A DNA stretch of 63,877 nt, filler included, from Ferroacidibacillus organovorans (GTDB lineage: Bacteria > Bacillota > Bacilli > Alicyclobacillales > SLC66): NCBI RefSeq assembly GCF_001642725.1. It is 4 parts of 4 records of this genome, joined end to end, with 100 filler letters (N's around TTAATTAATTAA, not from the genome) between each part and the next. Parts side by side here need not be neighbours in the genome. Positions count along the whole stretch, not along the records: positions 1 to 17,659 come from NZ_LSUQ01000055.1; positions 17,760 to 35,163 come from NZ_LSUQ01000056.1; 2 more parts are not named here. One strand, given 5' to 3'. Positions within the stretch are counted from its first letter, which is position 1; every line of letters starts with the position of its first letter. The translations under genes were made by a program, and so were the position numbers. A model generated the notes under the pieces. The model made no database searches and was not told the origin of the DNA. It saw nothing but the letters and a program-made list of their open reading frames with translations. Below, in pieces: positions 8,503 through 17,764 of the stretch.

Positions 8503-8655
8503 TCACATTCCCTCCTCTCGTTTCACCTTCATAAGGTATGTGCATGAGCAGGTTGTGTACTGAGTCGATCGCCCGTTTTTAGAACTTGAGTCTAGATAAT
8601 CATGGAACGTTGCTCTAACCGAATTCTTGATGTGGGGAAGATTCTATGTAAAAGT

Positions 8656-8683
8656 AAAGAGCCCGTGTTCACGGGCTCTTTTT
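8656..8683. terminator. Terminator of the tRNA pair
   Basis: AAAGAGCCCGTG-TT-CACGGGCTCTTTTT hairpin directly after tRNA-Pro. Confidence 0.75.
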
Positions 8684-8684
8684 G

Positions 8685-8761
8685 TGGTCGGAGTTACAGG
8701 ATTCGAACCTGTGGCCTCCTGCTCCCAAGGCAGGCGCGCTACCAAGCTGCGCTAAACTCCG
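8685..8761 (-). tRNA. tRNA-Pro(UGG)
   Basis: Full cloverleaf CGGAGTT...TTGGGAG...GGTTCGAATCC...CCGACCA, 77 nt. Confidence 0.97.
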
Positions 8762-8775
8762 AAGTAAATCCATCG

Positions 8776-8858
8776 TGGTGCGGGTGAAGGGACTCGAACC
8801 CCCACGGTTGCCCGCCAGATCCTAAGTCTGGTGCGTCTGCCAATTCCGCCACACCCGC
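8776..8858 (-). tRNA. tRNA-Leu(UAG)
   Basis: GCGGGTGTGGCGGAATTGGCAGACGC...CTTAGGA...long variable arm...GGTTCGAGTCC...CCA. Confidence 0.97.
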
Positions 8859-8917
8859 ATGGTATGAAGATCTCGCCATCAGGTGGCTTAGGATTGAATC
8901 AAAACCACTGCTATCAC

Positions 8918-8946
8918 AATATAAAGGATGCACAGGGAGATGTCAA
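8918..8946 (-). promoter_or_regulatory. SigA promoter for tRNA-Leu/tRNA-Pro
   Basis: TTGACA-N17-TATATT on the minus strand. Confidence 0.7.
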
Positions 8947-9109
8947 GGAAGAATGACATAAAAAGAAGGAAATCTCCCATGATGAATGCAATTGTCGTAG
9001 TATAAAATGTAGAGGGGGTGCGCGATAAGATCGCGTGAAACCCTGATCATGCGCATCTATGATTCCTTTATGGGGGTGTGCGTGACGAATGAGAGTGGAG
9101 GGAGTCAAA

Positions 9110-9280
9110 ATGCGTTTAAATACGGGAGATCACGTGAAACACCCCGATCATCATCTTGACGGCCAAGTGATCGACGTTCAGATCAACCCGGCGTGCTTAT
9201 TACGTACACTCGTGATAACGTGGGAAAATGGCGAGATAGAGGAATGGAGCGAGTGGGAATTTGGCCCAATCGAAGACTGA
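9110..9280 (+). CDS. Small hypothetical protein (SH3/KOW-like look)
   Basis: GGAGGGAG RBS. GDHVKHP..G.V pattern. Overlaps the transporter start. Confidence 0.55.
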   Translation: MRLNTGDHVKHPDHHLDGQVIDVQINPACLLRTLVITWENGEIEEWSEWEFGPIED

Positions 9281-10340
9281 CGCGATTTCAACGCGCATTA
9301 GGGAATGGGTTCAATCGCGCGTTCGCGCAATGAGTCCCGCCTATTTTTCAGTGGTCATGGCGACAGGGATTCTCTCTGTCGGGTCAGAATTGAACGGTTG
9401 GAAAGCTTCTTCAAGTTTTTTTCTAGCGATCGCACTTATTTTCTACATCAGCTTATTGATTTTGTATGGGTGGAGGTGGACGCAATTCGCTTCACACATG
9501 CGGACGGATTGGGTTCATCCAGAGCGCAGCTTTGGATTTTTAACACTGGTAGCGGCGACGGATGTACTCGCGATTCGTCTCAATGGAACGCATGAGTTCT
9601 GGTTAATGAGTGTACTCACCGTGTTTGGACTCCTCTCGTGGATGGCGCTGCTGTACTTGCAGTTTGCGTATCTGATCTTTGAAAATGAACGCCCGCTTGC
9701 GGCGATTGTCAATGGGTCATGGCTGTTGGCACCTGTCGCAACGCAGTCGCTAGCAATCATTAGCGCGCTCGTCGCGGCGCACATCGGAGATGAGCGTGAG
9801 TGGCTCTTGGTCGCATCGTTTGCGTTTTGGGCGCTCGGAATCCTTTTTTATCTTTTATTTATCGTGTTTATTCTTTATCGGTTCTTTTTTAGTGGCGTAC
9901 GCCGGGAAGATCTCGCCCCATCGTACTGGATTAACATGGGGGCGATGGCGATCGCAACGGTCGCGGGGACGCACCTTGCATCGCCAGAATTGGGATCCCC
10001 CTTCTTGCATCTCATACACTCTTTTGTCGTCGCTCTCACCGTCATGATGTGGGCGTGGGGGAGCTTTTGGATTCCTCTGCTTCTCATCATGGGAGGATGG
10101 AAGTATCGCTCGTGGCATTCGCTCTTTCGCTATGAGACTGGCTTGTGGAGTGTCATTTTTCCGCTAGGTATGTATGCTGTGTCGCTTTCTTTCATCAGCC
10201 ACTTTCCAGGACTGAGCTTCTTGTCGCTTTTTGCACCGGTATTTCTTTTGATCGCAATTATGGCTTGGTGCATTACACTTTTGCTCTGGGTGATCGCCAC
10301 GGCGCAAGCGCTGAAAGGTTTGTACCAAGAGTCAGCTTAA
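9261..10340 (+). CDS. Tellurite-resistance/C4-dicarboxylate (TDT/SLAC1) family transporter
   Basis: PAYFSVVMATG, PSYWINMGA and WSVIFPLGMY motifs, about 10 TM helices. Start uncertain. Confidence 0.88.
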   Translation: MAQSKTDAISTRIREWVQSRVRAMSPAYFSVVMATGILSVGSELNGWKASSSFFLAIALIFYISLLILYGWRWTQFASHMRTDWVHPERSFGFLTLVAATDVLAIRLNGTHEFWLMSVLTVFGLLSWMALLYLQFAYLIFENERPLAAIVNGSWLLAPVATQSLAIISALVAAHIGDEREWLLVASFAFWALGILFYLLFIVFILYRFFFSGVRREDLAPSYWINMGAMAIATVAGTHLASPELGSPFLHLIHSFVVALTVMMWAWGSFWIPLLLIMGGWKYRSWHSLFRYETGLWSVIFPLGMYAVSLSFISHFPGLSFLSLFAPVFLLIAIMAWCITLLLWVIATAQALKGLYQESA

Positions 10341-10439
10341 TTTGTCAATCGGCCATTCGGACTAAATTTGAATCATCGTTTCGAATCTCTTAAAGGAGCG
10401 GAAGATGGAGCATAATGAGTGGAGAAGGGGGAAACGACG

Positions 10440-10877
10440 ATGAACCACATTCTGTATGCGACAGACGGTTCGAGCGCGTCACGCGAGGCGATTCCAATGA
10501 TTTCTGATTTTTTGAATCGCTGGACCGAAGCAAAACTGACCGTTCTCTATGTTTCGACAGCTTATCACGATCCGCTCTATGCGGGGAGCATTCCTGGAGT
10601 TCCAACCCTTGCAGAACCTGAGTATAACGACGAGATCGTCGCCGCGATAAAAAAGGAAATTGTCGAGGAAGCTTTTTTTAAGTATGGCGATCGCATTCGT
10701 TTTGAGCAACATGTAGGTTATCCAGCGACGGTCATCTGTGAAATCGCAAAAGAGCGCTCTGCAGATTTGATCGTCATGGGCAGTCACGGCAGAGGCACGC
10801 TTGATCGATTGCTGATTGGAAGCGTGAGCCACGGTGTCCTCAATCGATCTCACGTGCCAGTGCTGGTTGTGCGCTGA
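10440..10877 (+). CDS. Universal stress protein
   Basis: ILYATDGS, DLIVMGSHGRG...IGSVS and PVLVV motifs. Confidence 0.93.
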   Translation: MNHILYATDGSSASREAIPMISDFLNRWTEAKLTVLYVSTAYHDPLYAGSIPGVPTLAEPEYNDEIVAAIKKEIVEEAFFKYGDRIRFEQHVGYPATVICEIAKERSADLIVMGSHGRGTLDRLLIGSVSHGVLNRSHVPVLVVR

Positions 10878-10898
10878 TTGCGATACCTGATTCCGAAT

Positions 10899-10941
10899 TA
10901 AGACAGCGGGGATGCTGAAACACATCCCCGCTGTCTTTTTT
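10899..10941 (+). terminator. Intrinsic terminator after usp
   Basis: AAGACAGCGGGGATG...CATCCCCGCTGTCTTTTT. Confidence 0.8.
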
Positions 10942-11145
10942 AGTACCCGAGTAGCGCTTGCGGTGTTATTTGCGCCAACGGGAAGAGTTGCGAACCTTTT
11001 GCCGTGTTCTTCCACGTCAATAGGAATTTTTGAGTCGTAGAATCCATTACGCTAGAATGGGAGGTGTTGAGCTGATGGACGCATTCACGTACGATTGTCG
11101 CTGGAATGGATTTGCGCGATGGCACAGAAGCGGAAGGGGAGTTTG

Positions 11146-11781
11146 ATGAATTTTCATCACACGTTTGTACAAAGCAAAGTGAATCATAAACAAACCTTGA
11201 TTCTCTTGCACGGGACAGGAGGCGACGAACATGATCTGCTCTCGCTTGGAACGTTCTTGGCGCCACACGCTTCGCTTTTGGGGATTCGTGGTAAGGTGAA
11301 GGAGGGGCAGGCAAATCGTTTTTTTCGTCGACTCTCTGAAGGAGTATTTGACGAAGCGGATTTGCTCTTTCGAACACGTGAACTCTCGTCCTTTCTTGAT
11401 GAGGTAAAGGATCACTATGGACTGTGGGATAACGAGTGGATCGCAGTCGGTTATTCGAACGGCGCCAATATCGCGGCGAGTATGTTACTCCTTGAACCGG
11501 CGGTGTTAACGTCTGCACTCCTCTTTCGCGCGATGATGCCGCTCACGCCTCCCCGCTTACCTGATCTCAAGCGCCACTCTGTCTATCTGTCCTCTGGACG
11601 CGAGGACCCGATTGTACCTCATGCGTCGAGTGAAAGATTAGAAGAAACACTTCGGGCAGCTGGCGCCGATGTGACGCATGATTGGCAGAACGCTGGACAC
11701 GGGGTGCTGCAATCCGAATTTACGAGTGCTAAAACATGGTTGGCATCGCATACTGGGAAACCTTGGGGGGATGAGCCATGA
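11146..11781 (+). CDS. Alpha/beta hydrolase (phospholipase/carboxylesterase, MhqD-like)
   Basis: LLHGTGG, GYSNGA nucleophile, DPIVP and AGH motifs. Confidence 0.88.
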   Translation: MNFHHTFVQSKVNHKQTLILLHGTGGDEHDLLSLGTFLAPHASLLGIRGKVKEGQANRFFRRLSEGVFDEADLLFRTRELSSFLDEVKDHYGLWDNEWIAVGYSNGANIAASMLLLEPAVLTSALLFRAMMPLTPPRLPDLKRHSVYLSSGREDPIVPHASSERLEETLRAAGADVTHDWQNAGHGVLQSEFTSAKTWLASHTGKPWGDEP

Positions 11782-13469
11782 AGGCGCTCTATTGGGGATT
11801 CACTGCGATGTGGGATGAATTGAGCCGACTCGCGCAGAAATACCCGACGCTCATGCGGGTCGAGGTTATGGGGACGAGTCGAGAAGGGCGCGCGATTCCG
11901 GTTGTGACGCTGACTCAGTTTGCGCGCGCAACAGCGGAAGAAAAATCGGCCGTTCTCGTCGACGCGAACATACACGCAGGAGAAGTGACAGGGAATGCCG
12001 CTGCGATGTACTGGATCACACAGTGTCTTGAAATGTATGGAAATGACCAGGAAATTACAGCATTGTTAGACGATCACACGGTGTACGTTGTCCCGAGGCT
12101 TTCCGTGGATGGCGCTGAAGCTTACTTGACAACACCTGCATGGTTGCGATCAAGCCCCCACACGTATCCCTATTCCGCACCGCCAGAAGGATTTTATCCT
12201 GACGATGTAAACGGCGACGGCGTCATCCTGCATATGCGTATTCCTGCAGAAGACGGCGCGTTTGTTCCGGATGAGTTGGATCCGCGTGTGATGCGACAGC
12301 GCAGGCCTGGTGAAATTGGGGGAACCTACTATCACGTATTTCCAGAAGGGCGCATCCATCGCCAATCTCGCTCCGGGGATCTGCCACCGTTTGCCAGAGC
12401 GTACAACCGCGCGCGCAGCGGCATGGATTTTAATCGTAATTTCCCGATTCGCTGGGCGAATGAAGCAGGACAAGACGGTGCCGGCCCATTTCCACTCTCG
12501 GAACCTGAACTGAGATGTTTTGCACAATGGATCATCGCCCATCCAAACATTGCTGCCTATGCGGCGCTACACACGTCAGGCGGGGTCATCCTGCGACAGC
12601 CTTCAACTGGAGATGACACCGTTTTATCGTCATTTGATCGTCTTCTCTTCACGCGTGTCGCTGATATGGGCGCAGAGGCCAGCGGGTACTTTGCAGGTTC
12701 AAACTTTGAGAAGTTTGCGACAGGTCACGAAGCGGTGTTGATGCCGGGCGCCGCAGATGACTGGATGTATGATCATCTCGGGATTCTCGGATTTACCATC
12801 GAGCTTTGGGATTTGGCGCACCGCGCGGGTGCTCGCGGCTATGGCGAGTACGGAATGCGCCATATGATCCAACGAACGCCTGATGAACGCACGGACGATG
12901 AGCGGAAAATCTATGCCTGGGTGGATCGGGAAGCTATTGATCAAGGGGTTTTTCCCTGGACTGCGTTTCATCACCCCGATTTTGGCGATGTAGAAATCGG
13001 CGGACTTCATCCTAAATACGTCATTCAAAATCCACCTTTACATCTTTTGGAAGAGGAGTGCGCGCGCATTTCGCCGTTTTTAACGCGACTTGGATTGAGC
13101 ACGCCGAAACTTCGCATTCCTTATCTCCGTGTTACAAAAGAGGCGGATCATGTGTATCGCGTCGTTGCAGAGGTTGCAAATGGCGGCTTTTTGCCGACAA
13201 CGAGCACAGAGAAAGGAAAAACGCATACACTTGACAAACTCACAGCCACGTTGGAGGGGACTGTTGAATTCCTTTCCGGAAGCTCGCCTTACATCATGGA
13301 CCATCTCGATGGGTATGGCGGCCGCGATGCGTGGGCAACGCCGATTCGTCAGCGCGGTGTTGTGGAGTGGGTGGTGCGCGGGGCGTCTGACGAGGAAGTT
13401 ACGATCAGTTTTTTTGCGCCACGCGCGGGTCGTGTTTCCCGATCGTTCAGGTTGTCCTTTGAGGCGTGA
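11778..13469 (+). CDS. M14 family zinc carboxypeptidase
   Basis: HAGE, DFNRNF, SEPE and LHT zinc and substrate motifs. Confidence 0.9.
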   Translation: MKALYWGFTAMWDELSRLAQKYPTLMRVEVMGTSREGRAIPVVTLTQFARATAEEKSAVLVDANIHAGEVTGNAAAMYWITQCLEMYGNDQEITALLDDHTVYVVPRLSVDGAEAYLTTPAWLRSSPHTYPYSAPPEGFYPDDVNGDGVILHMRIPAEDGAFVPDELDPRVMRQRRPGEIGGTYYHVFPEGRIHRQSRSGDLPPFARAYNRARSGMDFNRNFPIRWANEAGQDGAGPFPLSEPELRCFAQWIIAHPNIAAYAALHTSGGVILRQPSTGDDTVLSSFDRLLFTRVADMGAEASGYFAGSNFEKFATGHEAVLMPGAADDWMYDHLGILGFTIELWDLAHRAGARGYGEYGMRHMIQRTPDERTDDERKIYAWVDREAIDQGVFPWTAFHHPDFGDVEIGGLHPKYVIQNPPLHLLEEECARISPFLTRLGLSTPKLRIPYLRVTKEADHVYRVVAEVANGGFLPTTSTEKGKTHTLDKLTATLEGTVEFLSGSSPYIMDHLDGYGGRDAWATPIRQRGVVEWVVRGASDEEVTISFFAPRAGRVSRSFRLSFEA

Positions 13470-13558
13470 GCGATTGATTGAATCGTGCATGTTTGATTTG
13501 CGCTGATTGGGCAGGCGTGAGATCATGGGATCGGCGATTAGAAAAAAGAAGCCCGCGC

Positions 13559-14584
13559 CTAAAACGCGCGGGTATACTGTTTAGGAACATCGGGTGTCGC
13601 GCGCAGCGCAGTTGCTGCGTGGAGTGGCCAGTAAGGGTCTTTGAGCAATCCGCGCGCGACGGCGACAAGATCAGCGTCTCCGTTTGCAATGACAGCTTCT
13701 GCAAGCGCGGGATCTTCGAGCCGGCCCACTGCGATCACAGGGGTGTGGAGCGCTTCTCGAATGGCGCGCGCGAACGGCACCTGGTAGCCAGGCGATGTTC
13801 CTGGTCGTCCACCTGAACCAATCGGACCTTCGCCGCCAGAACTCACGTGAAACAGATCGACACCCGCTGCTTCATAGGCTTTGGCCAGTTCAATCGTGTG
13901 GGACAAGCCGTACCCGCCTTCAACATACTCTACGGCAGAGAGTCTCATGATCAGTGGCATGGAGGGTGGAATCACCGCTTTTACTGCGCGAATGACCTCG
14001 ACGCCAAAGCGCGCCAGATCTTGCCCGTACGCATCTTGTCGCTGGTTTGTGAGCGGAGATTGGAACTGATGGATCAGATAGCCGTGTGCTCCGTGAATTT
14101 CAAGTGTGTCAACACCCGCTTTGACTGCGCGAATCGCCGCGTCTGCAAATTTTCGCACCATCGTTTGAACCTCATCGACCGTCAGCGCGCGCGGCATTTT
14201 ATAGCGCTCGCCAGGAAAGGGAATCGCAGAAGGAGCGACCGGTTGTGGCGCATCTTCTGCTTTGCGCCCTGCGTGCCCAAGCTGAATCCCGATCTTTGCG
14301 CCGTGCTCGTGAACCGCATCGATGATGCGCGTAAATGCAGGGATGTGATCGTCGGACCAAAGTCCGAGATCATAGTCGGTAATTCGACCGTCCGGCTCTA
14401 CGTCGGTCATTTCCATGATGACAAGGCCGACGCCGCCGATTGCGCGCGTGACATAGTGAACAAAGTGCCAGTCGTTTGGAATTCCGTCTTTTGCAGTCAC
14501 GGAGTATTGACACATCGGCGCCATGACAATTCGATTCTTAAGATGAAGTTGTCCCTTTTCAAAGGGTGTAAATAACTCTGCCAT
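13559..14584 (-). CDS. NADH:flavin oxidoreductase / old yellow enzyme (YqjM-like)
   Basis: NRIVMAPMCQYS, QLGHAGRK and HGAHGYL motifs. Confidence 0.92.
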   Translation of the reverse strand: MAELFTPFEKGQLHLKNRIVMAPMCQYSVTAKDGIPNDWHFVHYVTRAIGGVGLVIMEMTDVEPDGRITDYDLGLWSDDHIPAFTRIIDAVHEHGAKIGIQLGHAGRKAEDAPQPVAPSAIPFPGERYKMPRALTVDEVQTMVRKFADAAIRAVKAGVDTLEIHGAHGYLIHQFQSPLTNQRQDAYGQDLARFGVEVIRAVKAVIPPSMPLIMRLSAVEYVEGGYGLSHTIELAKAYEAAGVDLFHVSSGGEGPIGSGGRPGTSPGYQVPFARAIREALHTPVIAVGRLEDPALAEAVIANGDADLVAVARGLLKDPYWPLHAATALRATPDVPKQYTRAF

Positions 14585-14696
14585 GAACAATTCCTCCCAA
14601 AGTCATTACGCTGTTTCTCATTTTGCGACAGCTTTTTTTAAAAGTTTACCTATTTTACGTCATTCATGCCAGTGATAGAGAGGAATTCACAACACA

Positions 14697-15329
14697 ATGA
14701 CAGCGTCTCCCAAAAAACGAATCAATACAAACTCAGTCATTTTCATGGTCATCGTGGCCGCATTGCTGCTCATTGCAACTATGTTTTATCCAGTTTCCAC
14801 GTCGCTTGGACAGGGCATCAATGAGAATGTCATCTCGCGGTTTGCCGGAGTCTACAATATAAGCAGCCATCAATTTGTTCTTGCGTTTTACAACCAAAAC
14901 ACAGAGCAGGGCGAAGTGCCGATCGCCCCGCTGCCGCTCTCTTTGTTTCACGCATCAGCCATTCCCAATCAACGGGTTACGCAGGATGATCTGCCAGCGC
15001 TCTTGACCGATGCGATGCAAACAAACGCAACACTACTCGAGCAAGAACTTGGAACGAACTATAATGCGCCTGGATTTCTTGCACCATTTCCACACAGCCC
15101 TGTCGCCTATACGGTCTCATTTCTAAAAGACTTGGCAAAGCAAAAGATGAATCTTGCAGCTTTTGGCGGACCGAACATACCACCCGGCTCAGTCCCGTAT
15201 GGTAAATTGCCAGGCGGAGTTTTACATATCGATACGAAGGCGGATGGGAATGTGATCGCCCAGTGTCAGCCTGGACAGACGCCGCCCGTTTTAAAAGCGC
15301 TCAACCCGTCAATCGTCTCCTTTGCGTAA
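14697..15329 (+). CDS. Hypothetical exported or membrane-anchored protein
   Basis: GAGGA RBS, basic N-terminus followed by a hydrophobic helix. No recognisable family. Confidence 0.65.
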   Translation: MTASPKKRINTNSVIFMVIVAALLLIATMFYPVSTSLGQGINENVISRFAGVYNISSHQFVLAFYNQNTEQGEVPIAPLPLSLFHASAIPNQRVTQDDLPALLTDAMQTNATLLEQELGTNYNAPGFLAPFPHSPVAYTVSFLKDLAKQKMNLAAFGGPNIPPGSVPYGKLPGGVLHIDTKADGNVIAQCQPGQTPPVLKALNPSIVSFA

Positions 15330-15339
15330 CGCCTTCGCG

Positions 15340-16479
15340 TTATGCATTGGATGACATCGCAATCGGAAACCAACCAGGTGTGTGCGTGATGGCATTCCAC
15401 AATGGCGTGGGCACGACGAGCCGTTCTTGATCGCTAAGGGAGAGTTCCGTCGCGATGGCGTGCTCATCGCCCCGCTCCACTTTTTGCACCCAGTCCGGTT
15501 CGATGATGATCTCGCGCCCCAGAGCGATCAGAGCACATCCTGTTGAAGATTGCGCGTCAATCGCATCGTCTGGTGTCTTGATCGATCCGACGCCGATGAC
15601 TGGCAGATCGTTTCCCGCGCGCTTTACGATGAGTGCGATGCGAGAGGTTGACTGATCTGATCCTGATTTTGGCGGTGTGCGGTAGTCGGTCGCGGAAACG
15701 TGGAGATAGTCCAACGCCTTGCTTTTCAGCGCGTCAATCAACACGTTTGTATCTTCCATTTTTAGTCCCTGTTCATGTGCCTCTTCAGGCGAAAAACGGT
15801 AACCGATCAAAAATTCGTTTTTTGCGTGCTCCTTGACAACACGCGTCACTTCATCAACGATCATGAGTGGAAACGTCAATCGATTTTCCCTTGAACCGCC
15901 GAATCGATCGTTACGCTTGTTTGTGTAGGGTGAGTAGAATTGCTGGATCAAATAGCCATTTGCTCCGTGGAGTTCGACACCGTCAAATCCGGCTTCAATG
16001 GCGCGGCGTGTCGCTTCGCCAAAATCGCGCACGATCTGCACGATTTCTGGCTCTGTCAAAGGGCGCGGCGTCGGTGCACCTTCTTTTTCTTCAGCGACAT
16101 CACTCGCGCTGACGACGTCGCGATTGGGAACGAGGTCTGGCGCGCACGCGCGACCCCCGTGAAAAATTTGCAGAACCGCTTTAGCACCTTGCCTTTTTAT
16201 GGCGCTCGCGAGGCGAGATAGCCCCTCAATGCGTTCGTCACGTTCGGCGCCAAACTCCCCAGGGAATCCTTTGCCGCTTGGCGAGACGAAAACGCAGGCT
16301 GTGATTACCATACTCACACCGCCAGTGCGACGCTCATAGTAGCGAATTTCATCGTCAGACACGGTTCCGTCAGGGTGAGATGAGAAGTGTGTCATCGGAG
16401 CCATGATGATGCGATTCTTCAACTCGGCACCTCTTCGTAGGCGAATCGGTTGAAAAAGCGGCTGGTAAGATGAATTCAA
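15340..16479 (-). CDS. NADH-dependent flavin oxidoreductase (YqiG-like)
   Basis: NRIIMAPMT, HGANGYL and GYRFSPEE motifs. TTG start with GGGAG RBS chosen over the longer ORF. Confidence 0.9.
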   Translation of the reverse strand: MNSSYQPLFQPIRLRRGAELKNRIIMAPMTHFSSHPDGTVSDDEIRYYERRTGGVSMVITACVFVSPSGKGFPGEFGAERDERIEGLSRLASAIKRQGAKAVLQIFHGGRACAPDLVPNRDVVSASDVAEEKEGAPTPRPLTEPEIVQIVRDFGEATRRAIEAGFDGVELHGANGYLIQQFYSPYTNKRNDRFGGSRENRLTFPLMIVDEVTRVVKEHAKNEFLIGYRFSPEEAHEQGLKMEDTNVLIDALKSKALDYLHVSATDYRTPPKSGSDQSTSRIALIVKRAGNDLPVIGVGSIKTPDDAIDAQSSTGCALIALGREIIIEPDWVQKVERGDEHAIATELSLSDQERLVVPTPLWNAITHTPGWFPIAMSSNA

Positions 16480-16594
16480 GAAAAACACTCCCTTTTTTGA
16501 TATAACTAAACTTATTAAAGCGTCTCGACTCATTGTAGCTTTCTGTGTGACACGCGTCAAACCTAAGTGGGCTATGGAAAGAGGAGGAATTTTT

Positions 16595-17224
16595 ATGTAT
16601 ACACCCGCTTCATTCGGCATGCATGATGCTGAAACGTTTGAACTCATGCGTTCATATCCGTTTGCTACATTATGCTCAGTTTCAAATACTGACATGCTTG
16701 TATCACATGTGCCGCTCGTGTTCAAAGAAGCGTCAATGACGCTTCACGGACATTTTGCGGCAGCCAATCCTCACGCGAAAATTCCCGAAGGATCCACAGT
16801 GCTGGCCATTTTTCATGGTCCGCACAGCTATATCTCTTCAGGCTGGTATGAAGAAGAGCGCGCTGTTCCAACGTGGAACTATCAAGTGGTGCACGCGAAA
16901 GGAACGATCCATTTTTACGAGGAGAACGAACTGCGCGACAGCGATCTAAAGCAACTCATTCTCCAACATGACCCCCATTTGCCTCTGGTGGATTCGCTCC
17001 ACGAGGGATGGGTTCAAGCGATGGCACGAGGGATTCGCGGTTTTTACATTTCTGTGAAACAGCTCGAAGGAAAGTCTAAATTAAACCAGAATCGATCACT
17101 GGAAGATCAGCGTCGCGTCGCACAAAGATTGCAGCATTCAAACCGTGAGGAAGAACGCGAAGTCGCGTCTCGCATGGATAAAAACCTGAAGACTCGTCAC
17201 CCCTCTGACGGCGCAGAGGGGTGA
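16595..17224 (+). CDS. paiB: FMN-binding negative transcriptional regulator (PaiB family)
   Basis: MYTP..F, GPHSYIS..WY, VPTWNY and KLNQN motifs. Confidence 0.88.
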   Translation: MYTPASFGMHDAETFELMRSYPFATLCSVSNTDMLVSHVPLVFKEASMTLHGHFAAANPHAKIPEGSTVLAIFHGPHSYISSGWYEEERAVPTWNYQVVHAKGTIHFYEENELRDSDLKQLILQHDPHLPLVDSLHEGWVQAMARGIRGFYISVKQLEGKSKLNQNRSLEDQRRVAQRLQHSNREEEREVASRMDKNLKTRHPSDGAEG

Positions 17225-17231
17225 CGGAGGA

Positions 17232-17659
17232 TTATAGATCGCGCAAGTCGTTTAGAACACCGTGATCCAAGCGTTTGATCACTTCGGTTAAGAGCGCTAC
17301 ACCGTGGTCGAAGTCTTCTTGGTGGTAGACAGCTGCGTGGCTGTGAATATAGCGCGTGGTGCAGCCAAAGGCGACGGAGGGAACGCCGGAGCCGTACATG
17401 TGAAAACGTCCTGCATCCGTACCACCCCCCGCGATCGATTCGACTTGTAGTGGAATTTTTGCATCGGACGCGGTGTCCATGATGAAGTCGCGAAAGCGCG
17501 GGTTGGGGAGCATTGAACCGTCATAGATCAGTAAAATTGGGCCTTTGCCGAGTGCTGAAAGGGCATCGTAACCATCGATGCCCGGCGTGTCACCAGAAAT
17601 GCCGACATCGAGCGCGATTGAAACATCCGGTTTGATGTGATGGACAAGCGTTTGTGCGC
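17232..17659 (-). CDS. M42 family aminopeptidase, C-terminal part (5' end lost at the contig gap)
   Basis: SIALDVG, GGGTDAG and RYIHSH motifs. The frame stays open up to the gap. Confidence 0.88.
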
Positions 17660-17759
17660 NNNNNNNNNNNNNNNNNNNNNNNNNNNNNNNNNNNNNNNNN
17701 NNNTTAATTAATTAANNNNNNNNNNNNNNNNNNNNNNNNNNNNNNNNNNNNNNNNNNNN
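17660..17759. other. Artificial contig-join spacer
   Basis: N run + TTAATTAATTAA (stops in all frames) + N run. Confidence 0.97.
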
Positions 17760-17764
17760 ACTCA

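Noticed and set aside
13847..14575. Long antisense ORFs (also 30480-31361, 35492-36382, 58033-59046, 61400-62155)
   Set aside because: These are shadows of well-supported genes on the opposite strand, with no motifs or RBS.
15340..16725. 461-aa extended flavin oxidoreductase overlapping paiB
   Set aside because: Family similarity and an RBS start at 16479. The extension overlaps a divergent gene.
17660..17759. TTAATTAATTAA motif as a biological repeat (also at about 35208 and 52499)
   Set aside because: It is the same linker inside N runs at every contig join, so it is an assembly spacer. ORF tails reading XXXLIN are artefacts.
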